A DNA stretch of 64,000 nt. Origin: Clostridiaceae bacterium (GTDB taxonomy: Bacteria; Bacillota; Clostridia; DUPQ01). The stretch is from positions 108 to 64,107 of the forward strand of contig DUPQ01000014.1 of the NCBI GenBank assembly GCA_012838235.1, in the 5' to 3' direction. This document shows positions 47,797 to 58,210 of this stretch, piece after piece. Positions within the stretch are counted from its first letter, which is position 1. Each line of letters opens with the position of its first letter. The notes beneath the pieces are model-generated. The model was not told where the DNA came from. It saw only the letters and a program-made list of their open reading frames with translations, and made no database searches. The position numbers and the translations under genes are program-made.

Positions 47797-49614
47797 TTGT
47801 TATTGCAATTGTCTATCAGAAATTTCGCTATTTTTAAGGATACCACCATTGATTTCTCTGACGGGTTTAATGTAATTACAGGTGAATCGGGAGCCGGTAA
47901 AAGCGTTTTTATAACCGCTCTTTCTTTAATTAACGGAGAAAGGGGTTTTAAGGAATATATACGAAAAGGATGCGATTTCTCCTCTGTTGAGGCGGTTTAT
48001 AGGCTTAAGAAAGACTTATCGGAAACTATTTCAAATAAATTCGATATAGATACAGATGATAATATGCTTGTAATTACAAGGACAATTTATACCGATTCCA
48101 ACTCGGTTTGTAAAGTAAACGGAAAAATCCGCAATTTGACCTTTTTAAAAGACATTGCGGAGTATTTATGCGATATTCACGGTCAGTATGAAAACCAGAC
48201 TCTTCTAAATCCGTTGTCTCATCAAAGAATTTTAGACAGTTTATACCAATCATTCATAAAAACCTCACATGATGAATACATAGCACTGCTTGATGAATAT
48301 AACACACTTGTGGATTTTATACTTAAAAACAGCGGTTCGGAACAGCAACGTGCGGTAAGAAGAGATATACTGGCTTATCAGATAGATGAAATTGTTAAAT
48401 CAAAGGTTGAGCAATTTGATATAGAGGAATTGGAGAAGCAGAGTAGGATACTGGAAAATTCAGAGAAATATATAACTTCTTTACGGGAAAGCATTAATCT
48501 TATTGAAGAAAATGACAGTATCGAGAAGATTTATCTGTCTGCTCATTTGTTGAATAAGCTGAAGGATATGGATGAATTACTTGCGGTTTCACAGAGTATG
48601 ATGAATTGCTATTACATTCTGAAAGATAACTTCTCGCAACTCAAAGATATATCCGACCAATTCTATTTTGATGAAGAGACATATGACGGAATTATAAAGA
48701 AGCTGGAATTATTCAAAAAACTGTCATACAAATACGGAACTACCGTGGAAGAAATAACTGCATTCAGACAAGATGCGGAGAAGCAACTGCATGATATTGA
48801 TAATTTCGACAATATATACAAAGAAAAAATACAGAGAATAGAGAAACTTTCCGAATTACTCTATGAAAAAGGGGAGTTGCTAAACGGATTAAGAGTAAAA
48901 GCGGCTGAGCATTTCTCGAAATCAGTGGAAACAAATCTTCATTCTTTAGAGATGCCCGATGCCGTATTTAATGTACATTTTGAGAAGAATCTTAAGAAAA
49001 ACACTCTCGGATATTATGATTTTAACAGAAAAGGACTTTATGATATTGAGTTTTTAATATCGGTTAATAAAGGAATTGATCCGCTTCCCATGGCGAAAAT
49101 CGCATCGGGAGGTGAGATTTCCAGAATTATGCTGGCTATCAAGTGTATTATCAGCAACAATGATGATATTGAAACTTATATTTTTGACGAAATAGATTCC
49201 GGTGTGAGCGGTGAAGCGGCTATCATGACGGCAAATAAACTTTATGAATTATCAGCTTCCAAACAGGTTATTTCCATAACTCATTTACCGCAGATTGCAG
49301 CAAAAGCGGATCATCACTATCTGATAAGTAAATACAGTGATGAAGATTCTACATATGCCGATATAAAGAAACTTACCCACAATGAACGTATTAATCAACT
49401 GGCAATACTTTTTGACGGCAAAAAGGTCAGTCAAGAAGGTCTGGAGTATGCTAAAAATCTTCTGGATAAAATGAAAGAATCAGATAGTATCAGGGTTGCA
49501 TTGCGTGAAGTTCAGGAAGGCTTTATCGGTGAAGCTGAAAGGCTTGGGCTGAAAACAGAAGCCGATGTGGTAGAAACGGTAAAGCAATTCAGGAAAGAAA
49601 AAAGGGAGAAATAA
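47797..49614 (+). CDS. recN: DNA repair protein RecN (with ~43-aa C-terminal extension)
   Basis: TTG start. Walker A GESGAGKS, ABC signature SGGEISR, Walker B YIFDEIDSG. The charged tail starts at about 49483. Confidence 0.9.
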   Translation: MLLQLSIRNFAIFKDTTIDFSDGFNVITGESGAGKSVFITALSLINGERGFKEYIRKGCDFSSVEAVYRLKKDLSETISNKFDIDTDDNMLVITRTIYTDSNSVCKVNGKIRNLTFLKDIAEYLCDIHGQYENQTLLNPLSHQRILDSLYQSFIKTSHDEYIALLDEYNTLVDFILKNSGSEQQRAVRRDILAYQIDEIVKSKVEQFDIEELEKQSRILENSEKYITSLRESINLIEENDSIEKIYLSAHLLNKLKDMDELLAVSQSMMNCYYILKDNFSQLKDISDQFYFDEETYDGIIKKLELFKKLSYKYGTTVEEITAFRQDAEKQLHDIDNFDNIYKEKIQRIEKLSELLYEKGELLNGLRVKAAEHFSKSVETNLHSLEMPDAVFNVHFEKNLKKNTLGYYDFNRKGLYDIEFLISVNKGIDPLPMAKIASGGEISRIMLAIKCIISNNDDIETYIFDEIDSGVSGEAAIMTANKLYELSASKQVISITHLPQIAAKADHHYLISKYSDEDSTYADIKKLTHNERINQLAILFDGKKVSQEGLEYAKNLLDKMKESDSIRVALREVQEGFIGEAERLGLKTEADVVETVKQFRKEKREK

Positions 49615-49630
49615 CAATTAAAAAATCTGA

Positions 49631-49658
49631 TTGACACTTATACTTCATGTGTTATAAT
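49631..49658 (+). promoter_or_regulatory. Consensus sigma-A promoter for the tRNA pair
   Basis: TTGACA (49631-49636), 16-nt spacer, TATAAT (49653-49658), about 15 nt before the tRNA 5' end. Confidence 0.75.
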
Positions 49659-49672
49659 ACATAAGCAATCCT

Positions 49673-49746
49673 GCGGGTGTAGTTCAGTGGTAGAACACTA
49701 GCCTTCCAAGCTGGTTGTGAGGGTTCGATTCCCTTCACCCGCTCCA
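49673..49746 (+). tRNA. tRNA-Gly (anticodon UCC), CCA encoded
   Basis: Manual cloverleaf. Acceptor GCGGGTG/CACCCGC, D arm GTTC..GAAC, anticodon stem CTAGC/GCTGG with loop CTTCCAA, T arm GAGGG-TTCGATT-CCCTT, then TCCA. Confidence 0.9.
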
Positions 49747-49754
49747 TTTTTTAT

Positions 49755-49831
<77 letters not shown>

Positions 49832-49957
49832 CACAATTCCTGTAACAGGGGATTTTTTTATTGTTAAATAATTAGTAAAACTTATATGTTAATTCATCAG
49901 TTTTACGTTATAATATTAAATTTATGTGTTATCATATACAACAAGAGGTTTTTTATT

Positions 49958-51616
49958 ATGAAATTAACATTTTACGGGGCAGCAAGAGAAGTAACGGGAT
50001 CAAATTTTATACTGGACGCTGCAGGGAAGAGAATAATGATAGATTGCGGATTATTCCAGGGATCCTCCGCAACCAAGGCAAAAAACTTTGACGGATTCAA
50101 ATATGATGTACAGTCTGTTGATTATGTTCTTTTGACTCATGCACATATCGATCACTCGGGAAGAATACCTTTATTGTATAAAAAAGGATACAGAGGAACG
50201 GTTATCTGTACAAAAGCAACTAAGGATTTATGTGATATCATGCTTGTGGATTCCGCAAATATACAGGAGTCGGATACGCAGTATAAAAACAATAAAAGAT
50301 TCAGAGCCGGTTTGCTTCCTCTGGAACCTTTATACACCATAGAAGATGCAAATTTAGCTTTAAAACATTTTATTGCCGTGCAGTATTACGACCTGATAAA
50401 GCTTGATGATAACATTACGGTAAAATTCAGTGACGCCGGACACATGTTGGGTTCCGCATCTATAACAATCTTCGTAACGGAAGAAGGCAAGACCACTACT
50501 GTTTCATTTACTTCCGATCTCGGTAAACCCGATACACCTATAATAAATAATCCGGAAGTATTACAGGAATGCGATTACCTGGTAATGGAATCCACTTACG
50601 GTAATAAAAAACATATTCTTAAAGAACATCCCGAAGAGCGTATGTTTGAGATTATAGAGGATACCATATCCAACGGAGGAACGGTGATAATACCTTCTTT
50701 TTCCGTGGGAAGAACTCAGGAGATGATTTATGCATTCAACGAGAATATTGCTTTGAAGAAGAAGTTTTCCATATTTAACAAGATTCCGGTGTATGTGGAC
50801 AGCCCGCTTTCAACATTGGCAACGGAGGTCTTCAAAAAAAATACTCAATATTTTGATGATGAAGCCAAACAATACATATTGAAAGGCGATAATCCTCTGG
50901 ATTTTCCCAACCTCATATTCACCAAATCTGTCGAGGAATCCAAAAGACTAAACTTTGATAATTCTCCGAAGATTATAATTTCCTCCAGCGGAATGTGTGA
51001 TGCCGGAAGAATACGCCATCATCTTAAACACAACTTATATAAAGAAAAGACAACGGTACTTTTTATCGGATATCAGGCAAACGGCTCTTTGGGAAGACTG
51101 CTTGTTGACGGAGCCAAAAGTGTTAAACTGTTAGGTGAGACAATAGAGGTAAATGCCCGGATTGAGATGATAGACGGATTTTCCGGTCATGCCGACATGG
51201 ATGACCTGGACAAATATATCTCTCAAATTAAGGTCAAACCGGAAAAGATTTTCCTGGTTCACGGAGAAGAAGATCAATTGTACCCCTTTGCCGAAAGAAT
51301 TAATAATACTTTCGGTATTGAAACGGTAATACCGGAAAATTACTATACTTATGAACTTAAAAAAGGCGAAAAAGTTTATGAATTGGATCATGACAGGGTT
51401 TTAACGGAGAATACTTACAAAAAGCTTACCTTATTAGATCTTGTTACCGACGTTAAGAGACAGGTTAAGGATGTTTCCGAGCTTATTGCTTATGATGAGA
51501 TTAACAACCTCGATGACAGTCAGATAACGGTGCTTATAGATTTATATGCCGCAATGAGACAAAATATTAAAGATTTGATATTAGGAGTGGAAAGTAATAC
51601 GAAAGTTGAACGATAA
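49958..51616 (+). CDS. Metallo-beta-lactamase / beta-CASP family ribonuclease-like hydrolase
   Basis: I place the start at ATG 49958 (MKLTFYGAAREVTGS), after AGAGG. HxHxDH motif (HAHIDHSG). C-terminal GFSGHAD and VHGE beta-CASP motifs. Confidence 0.8.
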   Translation: MKLTFYGAAREVTGSNFILDAAGKRIMIDCGLFQGSSATKAKNFDGFKYDVQSVDYVLLTHAHIDHSGRIPLLYKKGYRGTVICTKATKDLCDIMLVDSANIQESDTQYKNNKRFRAGLLPLEPLYTIEDANLALKHFIAVQYYDLIKLDDNITVKFSDAGHMLGSASITIFVTEEGKTTTVSFTSDLGKPDTPIINNPEVLQECDYLVMESTYGNKKHILKEHPEERMFEIIEDTISNGGTVIIPSFSVGRTQEMIYAFNENIALKKKFSIFNKIPVYVDSPLSTLATEVFKKNTQYFDDEAKQYILKGDNPLDFPNLIFTKSVEESKRLNFDNSPKIIISSSGMCDAGRIRHHLKHNLYKEKTTVLFIGYQANGSLGRLLVDGAKSVKLLGETIEVNARIEMIDGFSGHADMDDLDKYISQIKVKPEKIFLVHGEEDQLYPFAERINNTFGIETVIPENYYTYELKKGEKVYELDHDRVLTENTYKKLTLLDLVTDVKRQVKDVSELIAYDEINNLDDSQITVLIDLYAAMRQNIKDLILGVESNTKVER

Positions 51617-52766
51617 GATTTATTATTTTGATAATGCCGCTTCGACTTATATGTATGATGAAGTGATTGAGTATATAAGTGAAATAAACAAAAACTTATA
51701 TGCCAATGCTTCCAGTACCCATTTTGCCGGTATAGCTTGCCATGATATCGTTAAGGAAAATAAAGAAGCATTATGTGACATACTGCATATTAATCCTAAT
51801 ACTCTTGTGTTCACATCGGGTGGAACGGAATCCAATAATTTAGCAATTAAGGGAACGGCTTTTGCCAATTTTTCACGGAAAGGTAATATTGTTATTACGG
51901 CTTATGAGCATGCATCAGTGATAAATTCCGCTAAATATCTGGAGAAATTCGGTTTTGAGATAAGGACCTGTCCTTTGAAAGCCGACGGAACAGCGGATAT
52001 TGACGGTCTGTACCGTTTAATTGACGATAAAACAATTTTAGTAAGTACGGCACATGTTTCATCGGAGCTGGGAACAATAAGCGATATTGAAAAAATCTCA
52101 TCCATAATTAAAGCCGTTAACCCTGATTGCCTGTACCATGTAGATGCGGTACAGTCTTTCGGAAAGATAAGAATCAATCTTGCAAAATTGAATGGTGTGG
52201 ATATGATGTCTTTCAGCAGTCATAAGATACACGGTCCAAAGGGAATAGGGGCATTGTATGTGAAGAATAATGTAAATATTGATCCTCTATTCAACGGTTC
52301 GGTACAATCCGGATTGAGAGCGGGTACACAAAACATATCCGGAATATGCGGTTTTGCCCAAGCGGCAAAAATTATACATAACCGCATTGATGACAACTAT
52401 AACCGTGTCAGCGGTTTAAAGCGTTATTTCATCGAAAATCTTGCTTTAACAGGTCTTGAAACACGTATAAATACTCCCGTGTGTTCAAGCCCGTATATTC
52501 TTAATATAGCGTTTAAGGATATAAAATCGGAAGTCTTGCTTAATGCATTATCGGAACGCGGGATATGTGTGTCAAGCGGCAGCGCTTGCTCTTCCAAATC
52601 CGCAAAAATATCCGAAGTATTGAAAGCTATGAGTTTACCCATAGACTACATAGAAGGCGCAATTCGGTTGAGTTTCTGTGAAAAGAACACAAAAGAGGAT
52701 ATTGATTACCTTTTAAAGACTCTTGAAGAGCTTGTACCGGTACTCAGTAAATTTATAAGGAAATAA
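51606..52766 (+). CDS. iscS: Cysteine desulfurase (IscS/NifS family), paired with thiI
   Basis: YFDNAAST start region, PLP-lysine SSHKIHGPKG, active-site loop SSGSACSS. TTG start overlapping the upstream gene end. Confidence 0.85.
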   Translation: MNDKIYYFDNAASTYMYDEVIEYISEINKNLYANASSTHFAGIACHDIVKENKEALCDILHINPNTLVFTSGGTESNNLAIKGTAFANFSRKGNIVITAYEHASVINSAKYLEKFGFEIRTCPLKADGTADIDGLYRLIDDKTILVSTAHVSSELGTISDIEKISSIIKAVNPDCLYHVDAVQSFGKIRINLAKLNGVDMMSFSSHKIHGPKGIGALYVKNNVNIDPLFNGSVQSGLRAGTQNISGICGFAQAAKIIHNRIDDNYNRVSGLKRYFIENLALTGLETRINTPVCSSPYILNIAFKDIKSEVLLNALSERGICVSSGSACSSKSAKISEVLKAMSLPIDYIEGAIRLSFCEKNTKEDIDYLLKTLEELVPVLSKFIRK

Positions 52767-52767
52767 T

Positions 52768-53952
52768 ATGAAGATACAGGCGATAAAGACACTGTTAATA
52801 AAACCGGGCGAAATGATGTTAAAAGGCGATAACCGTCATTTGTTCGAAAAGCAGTTAAAAGATAATATACAATCGGTACTGGACGAGGTCTGTACATATA
52901 ATATAACCACGGAATCGGGAAGATATTATGTATACATCAATAAATCCGACTACACGGAGCAGGAGATTGCATCCATGCTGTGTAAAGTATTCGGAATAGT
53001 GGGTATTTCCGTTGCGTACAGAATAGAGCAGGACGAACAGCTGTTATATGAGTTTTTGTCACAATTCAGTAAGCAGATATATGAGAAATCCCCATTTTCC
53101 ACATTCAGGGTAACAACCAAAAGGGCGGATAAGGATTTTCCGACTCAATCCACGGAAGTATCAAGTAAAGCCGGTGCAGTAATCTTATCGGTTTTACCGG
53201 ATATAAAAGTGGATTTATTCCATCCCGGCATTAATTTCAATATTGAGATAAGAAAGAAACACATTTATGTTTATCATGAAGAGTATAAAGCGCACGGAGG
53301 AATTCCCGTAGGCACTTCCGGTAAAGCCCTTTTAATGCTTTCAGGCGGTATAGACAGCCCGATTGCCGGATATATGATGGCTAAAAGAGGGTTACAACTG
53401 GAAGCCGTATATTTTCACAGCGCACCGTATACATCGGAAAAAGCAAAAGAAAAAGTTATAGATCTTGCAAAGATTATAAAACCTTACACACAACTGAACA
53501 GACTTCATGTTGTTCACTTTACAAAACCTCAGATGGAAATATATGAAAAATGCCCTCATAACGAACTTACAATCATAATGAGAAGGGTAATGATGTATGT
53601 AGCCAATGAAATTGCAAGAATGAGTAATTGCAAGGGAATTATAACAGGGGAGTCGTTGGCTCAGGTAGCCAGCCAGACAATAGAAAGTCTTACGGTTACC
53701 GACCATGCGGCGGATTTTCTGGTATTGCGTCCTCTGATAGGTATGGATAAAGCGGAAATTGTTGATATGGCAAGAAAAATAGGTACTTTTGAAACATCCA
53801 TTGAACCTTACGAAGATTGTTGTACAATATTTGTAGCAAAGCATCCCAAAACCCGACCGGTACTTGATCGTATTTTGCAGTCGGAGAAAGTTTTGGATAT
53901 AGATAAGATTGTGGAGCATTGTATACTTAATTTAGAGGTTGTTAGGATATGA
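52768..53952 (+). CDS. thiI: tRNA 4-thiouridine synthase ThiI (no rhodanese domain)
   Basis: THUMP-type N-terminal region. PP-loop LSGGIDSP. 394 aa. Confidence 0.9.
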   Translation: MKIQAIKTLLIKPGEMMLKGDNRHLFEKQLKDNIQSVLDEVCTYNITTESGRYYVYINKSDYTEQEIASMLCKVFGIVGISVAYRIEQDEQLLYEFLSQFSKQIYEKSPFSTFRVTTKRADKDFPTQSTEVSSKAGAVILSVLPDIKVDLFHPGINFNIEIRKKHIYVYHEEYKAHGGIPVGTSGKALLMLSGGIDSPIAGYMMAKRGLQLEAVYFHSAPYTSEKAKEKVIDLAKIIKPYTQLNRLHVVHFTKPQMEIYEKCPHNELTIIMRRVMMYVANEIARMSNCKGIITGESLAQVASQTIESLTVTDHAADFLVLRPLIGMDKAEIVDMARKIGTFETSIEPYEDCCTIFVAKHPKTRPVLDRILQSEKVLDIDKIVEHCILNLEVVRI

Positions 53953-54647
53953 AAGAATTTGACAAGGAAGATAACCGCAAGAATTTTGAGGAATTTATCC
54001 AAAATGATGATTATACTTTGGAAAGATTATGTCATAAAGTAGGTCGAAGAAAGATAATAAAACACAGGAGAACCGAATTGTTACTTTGGCTGCGTTCCTT
54101 TATTATAGTAATAATTGCCGTTACGGTTATAAGAGGGTTCATAGGAGAACCCGTTAAAGTTTTCGGACCTTCAATGAAAGATACACTGATAACAGGCGAT
54201 ATACTTGTTATGAGTAAAATAAAACTGAATACTGCAGGTATTGAAAGGAATGATATTGTCGTGATAGAAATCCAACCGGTTCAGTTCAAGTATTTAAAAT
54301 TCCTTAATGATATTAAATGGTTCAGAAGAATGTTTCCTTCTGAAGACAGAGCGGACTATATAAAAAGAGTTATTGCTTTGGAAGGAGAAGAGATTGATTT
54401 TATTAACGGTATCGTGTACATAGACGGAAAAAGACTCGATGAACCTTATCTTAAAGAATATGCATCTACTTATGAAGTAGCAATTGATATGCCGTATACG
54501 GTACCTAAAGGTCATGTTTTTGTATTAGGGGATAACAGAGCTCTGAGTAAAGACAGCAGAATCATGGGCGCAATACCTATTGATTCAATCATCGGTATAG
54601 TAGTATTCAGAACATGGCCGTTAGATAAATTCGGGGTAATAGATTAG
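53949..54647 (+). CDS. lepB: Signal peptidase I
   Basis: Catalytic Ser box GPSMKDTL, Lys box YIKRVIALEG, and GDNRALSKDSR. N-terminal TM helix. Confidence 0.85.
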   Translation: MKEFDKEDNRKNFEEFIQNDDYTLERLCHKVGRRKIIKHRRTELLLWLRSFIIVIIAVTVIRGFIGEPVKVFGPSMKDTLITGDILVMSKIKLNTAGIERNDIVVIEIQPVQFKYLKFLNDIKWFRRMFPSEDRADYIKRVIALEGEEIDFINGIVYIDGKRLDEPYLKEYASTYEVAIDMPYTVPKGHVFVLGDNRALSKDSRIMGAIPIDSIIGIVVFRTWPLDKFGVID

Positions 54648-54658
54648 AAAAAAAATTA

Positions 54659-54687
54659 TTTACATATTAAAAGACCTGTGATACAAT
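54659..54687 (+). promoter_or_regulatory. Sigma-A-type promoter upstream of rplS
   Basis: TTTACA (54659-54664), 17-nt spacer ending in TGa, TACAAT (54682-54687). This leaves a ~70-nt leader before the rplS ATG. Confidence 0.55.
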
Positions 54688-54760
54688 AACCGAGTTGTAA
54701 AAGGCGGTCCACTGTATCGGACGGATATATGAACGCTAAGATGAAGGGAGGAACAAAAAT

Positions 54761-55111
54761 ATGAGTTTAATCAAATCAATCGAGCAGAGTATGATTAGAA
54801 CAGACTTGCCGAATCTTCAGATAGGCGATTATGTCAGAGTTAACCTTAAAGTTAAAGAGGGAACCAGAGAGAGAATACAGTCTTACGAGGGCACGCTTAT
54901 TGCAAGAAAAGGTAAAGGACTTACTGAAACAATCAATGTAAGAAGAATATCATACGGTATAGGTGTGGAAAGGATTATTCCTTTGAATTCACAAAAGATC
55001 AGTTCCATAGAGGTTATAAGAAGGGGACAGGTCAGAAGAGCTAAACTTTACTATTTGAGAGACAGAGTAGGAAAGTCCGCAAAGGTAAAGGAAAAACTTG
55101 TAACAAAGTAA
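54761..55111 (+). CDS. rplS: 50S ribosomal protein L19
   Basis: 116 aa. The pattern [27 protein letters not shown] and [14 protein letters not shown] is diagnostic of L19. Confidence 0.95.
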   Translation: MSLIKSIEQSMIRTDLPNLQIGDYVRVNLKVKEGTRERIQSYEGTLIARKGKGLTETINVRRISYGIGVERIIPLNSQKISSIEVIRRGQVRRAKLYYLRDRVGKSAKVKEKLVTK

Positions 55112-55116
55112 GAAAT

Positions 55117-55141
55117 ACGGGACTTGTTCCCGTTTTTTTTA
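55117..55141 (+). terminator. Intrinsic terminator after rplS
   Basis: ACGGGA-cttgt-TCCCGT hairpin followed by T8. Confidence 0.85.
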
Positions 55142-55194
55142 TATCATGTACAATATAGATATAATGTATAAGCAACTTACGAAGGGTATATGTA

Positions 55195-56046
55195 ATGAAC
55201 ATTAACTGGTATCCCGGTCATATGACTAAAGCAAAGAAAATGATAACCGAGAACTTAAAGCTGGTTGATCTGGTTGTGGAAATCTTGGACGCAAGAATAC
55301 CCTACTCCAGCAGAAATCCCGATTTTAAAGAGTTGTTCAGTAATAAATTACAGATTATTGTACTTAATAAGGCGGACCTTGCAGATCCGGTTACAACGGA
55401 AAAATGGCGTAAATATTACGATAAAATTGACACTCCCGTTATTTTAGTTGACAGTAAGTCAGGTTTCGGTATGAGAGATTTTTTGAATTCCGTTAATAAA
55501 GTCATGAGGGATAAATTTGAAAAAGACAGAGCAAAAGGTATGAAGAGAAGACCTGTCAAAGTAATGGTATGCGGTATACCCAATTCCGGTAAATCCACTT
55601 TCATAAACAAACTGACCGGTTGTTCTGCGGCAAGAACGGGGAACAGGCCGGGGGTGACAAAGGACAAACAATGGATAAAAATAAATCCGGATATATTTCT
55701 TTTGGACACACCCGGAGTACTGTGGCCTAAATTTGACGATGATTTAGTAGCAATTAATCTTGCCTTAACTCATGCAATAAAAGACGAAATTCTTGATTCG
55801 GAGCGGTTGTGTATCAAACTTATCGACTTTCTGTTAAAGAAATATCCTGAAAATCTTATGGGAAGATACAATCTTATAGATATAAATAAAGATTCTCATG
55901 AGATACTCAAAGACATTTGTGAAAACAGAAAATTCTTAATACCGGGAGGAGGTCCGGACATTCAAAAAGCAGCCTCAACGGTTCTTGATGAATTCCGTAA
56001 AGGTCAGATAGGCACAATATCTTTGGAGGAACCTGATGACTTTTAA
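55195..56046 (+). CDS. rbgA: Ribosome biogenesis GTPase A (YlqF/RbgA), circularly permuted GTPase
   Basis: G4 NKADL precedes G1 GIPNSGKST and G3 DTPG. N-terminal WYPGHM. Confidence 0.9.
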   Translation: MNINWYPGHMTKAKKMITENLKLVDLVVEILDARIPYSSRNPDFKELFSNKLQIIVLNKADLADPVTTEKWRKYYDKIDTPVILVDSKSGFGMRDFLNSVNKVMRDKFEKDRAKGMKRRPVKVMVCGIPNSGKSTFINKLTGCSAARTGNRPGVTKDKQWIKINPDIFLLDTPGVLWPKFDDDLVAINLALTHAIKDEILDSERLCIKLIDFLLKKYPENLMGRYNLIDINKDSHEILKDICENRKFLIPGGGPDIQKAASTVLDEFRKGQIGTISLEEPDDF

Positions 56047-56773
56047 AGAATTAAAAGACAGGTTTTTTGCCGCATCTTTAGAGAAATGCAGAATAATGCT
56101 TTCGGAATATTCAGAGAGCAATTTTTTTGATAAAGCTTCAGAACTTTTGGATAAGGAAGAACAACGCCTTCTTGATATGTGTAAATATGAAACCTTTCTG
56201 CAGAAATCCGGCATCTCACTTATAGCAGGTACCGATGAAGCGGGAAGGGGACCGCTTGCGGGACCTATTGTCGCAGCAGCCGTAATACTTAAGAATAATG
56301 ACCTTTTATTCGGTATTAACGATTCCAAGAAACTCTCTGCTGAAAAAAGAGACAGATTGTTTGATGCTATTCTGGATAACTGTATTGCAGCAAGTATTCA
56401 TACAATAACCAATAAACAGATAGACGAGATTAATATAGGAAAAGCCGACAGGCTTGCCTTAAAAACTTCGGTGGAGAAGCTTACCGTGATTCCGGATCAT
56501 GTTCTCACCGATGCTTTTGTAATAGAAAACTTAAATATCAATCAGACACCGGTTACTCACGGTGACGCCTTATCTGTTTCCATAGCTGCAGCTTCTATTA
56601 TTGCTAAAGTATCACGTGACCGTATGATGAATGAGTATGACAAGATATATCCCCGGTACGGTTTTGCAAAACATAAAGGATACGGTACAAAGGAACATAT
56701 AGACGCAATTAAAAAATACGGAATTTGCCCGATACACAGAAAAACATTTGTGAAAAAATATACAGATATATGA
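56036..56773 (+). CDS. rnhB: Ribonuclease HII
   Basis: GTDEAGRGPLAGP and NDSKKLS motifs. Firmicute-type N-terminal extension. Confidence 0.9.
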   Translation: MTFKELKDRFFAASLEKCRIMLSEYSESNFFDKASELLDKEEQRLLDMCKYETFLQKSGISLIAGTDEAGRGPLAGPIVAAAVILKNNDLLFGINDSKKLSAEKRDRLFDAILDNCIAASIHTITNKQIDEINIGKADRLALKTSVEKLTVIPDHVLTDAFVIENLNINQTPVTHGDALSVSIAAASIIAKVSRDRMMNEYDKIYPRYGFAKHKGYGTKEHIDAIKKYGICPIHRKTFVKKYTDI

Positions 56774-56807
56774 TATAATTAGCCGAAAATATTAAAAGGA
56801 TTTAAGC

Positions 56808-58076
56808 ATGGATTACAAAAAGCAGTATACGATAGAAAAAGCCAAATACGAAGCATTCAGAAATGACGGTATTAAGTTGGATATATCCAGGGGAAAACCC
56901 TGTAAAAAACAGATAGATTATGTGGCTGCACTTTTTAAGAAAGCCGAAAACGAGTACGACCTTTATAACAACAGAATCGGTGTCGATAAAATTGATCTGG
57001 GTAATTACGGACTGTTACCCGGCATAACCGAAACAAGAACACTTTTAGGCAGTATATTGGATATTCCCCCCGAGAACATAATAATAGGCGGTAATTCCAG
57101 TTTAAACCTTATGTACGACATGCTGGTAATCAACCTTATGTTCGGTAATCCTCAGAGTGATATACCCTGGAGCAGGGCAGGGAAGATAAAGTTTTTATGC
57201 CCCGTACCCGGTTATGACAGACACTTCATGATGACCGATCACTTCGGAATTGAGATGATAAATATACCGATGCATCCCGACGGACCGGATATGGATTTGG
57301 TGGAGTCAATAGTCGCCCAAGATTCCTCTGTGAAAGGAATATGGTGCACACCGCTGTACAGTAATCCCGACGGTTATATCTATTCCGACGAAACGGTAAC
57401 AAGATTTGCAAAAATGCATACGGCGGCAAAAGACTTCAGAATATTCTGGGATAATGCATATTTTACTCATCATCTGGTTCCTGACAAGATAAATAAGATA
57501 GCAAATATAATAAAATTATGCGAAGAATACGGAAATCCCGACAGGGTATATCAGTTTTCTTCAACCAGTAAGATTTCCTTTCCGGGCGCCGGAGTATCTT
57601 TAATTGCTTCCTCATTGAACAATATAAAGCATATACAGGAACATTTTAAGTATAAAACGATATGTTACGATAAGATGAATATGCTACGCCATACGCTTGT
57701 ATTTAAAACCAAAGAAGATATTGAGCATCATATGGAAAACATGTCGGCATTCAACAGACCTAAGTTCGATATGGTGTTGAATATATTAGACCGTGAGTTG
57801 AGTGATTATAAAGAGTATCTGTATTACACAAGGCCGGAAGGGGGATACTTTATATCTCTTTATACAATGAAAAATTGTGCCAAAAGGACCTATCAGTTGT
57901 GCAAAGATGCGGGCCTTATAATAACCAATGTAGGTGATACCTATCCGTACGGAAAAGATCCTGATGACAGCAATATACGTATAGCTCCTACATTTCCCGA
58001 CTTAAATGAACTGGAAAAAGCCGTTAATTTACTGGTTTGCTGCATTAAACTGGCTATATTGGAGAAGTTAATATAA
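56808..58076 (+). CDS. PLP-dependent aminotransferase (class I/II fold), substrate unknown
   Basis: SSTSKISFPGAG PLP-lysine segment. The DISRGKP N-terminal motif is typical of a subgroup of aspartate-aminotransferase-fold enzymes. Confidence 0.65.
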   Translation: MDYKKQYTIEKAKYEAFRNDGIKLDISRGKPCKKQIDYVAALFKKAENEYDLYNNRIGVDKIDLGNYGLLPGITETRTLLGSILDIPPENIIIGGNSSLNLMYDMLVINLMFGNPQSDIPWSRAGKIKFLCPVPGYDRHFMMTDHFGIEMINIPMHPDGPDMDLVESIVAQDSSVKGIWCTPLYSNPDGYIYSDETVTRFAKMHTAAKDFRIFWDNAYFTHHLVPDKINKIANIIKLCEEYGNPDRVYQFSSTSKISFPGAGVSLIASSLNNIKHIQEHFKYKTICYDKMNMLRHTLVFKTKEDIEHHMENMSAFNRPKFDMVLNILDRELSDYKEYLYYTRPEGGYFISLYTMKNCAKRTYQLCKDAGLIITNVGDTYPYGKDPDDSNIRIAPTFPDLNELEKAVNLLVCCIKLAILEKLI

Positions 58077-58151
58077 AACTTGATTTAATATCTCATCACG
58101 GATATTTTAAATTCATTTTTCATTCGAATAATAAAATATCATTATAAGCTA

Positions 58152-58180
58152 TTGATGTTGTTTTAAATGTATGATACTAT
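58152..58180 (+). promoter_or_regulatory. Sigma-A-type promoter upstream of the GntR-family gene
   Basis: TTGATG (58152-58157), 17-nt spacer ending in TGa, TACTAT (58175-58180). Confidence 0.45.
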
Positions 58181-58210
58181 ATAGTCATCTTGTAAGGACA
58201 GGTGAATATC

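Noticed and set aside
54688-54760. L19 ribosomal-protein leader (autoregulatory RNA) in the ~70-nt rplS 5' UTR
   Set aside because: This is plausible from context, but I only see short, weak pairings (GTCC/GGAC). I do not remember the family consensus well enough to call it. It needs an Rfam scan.
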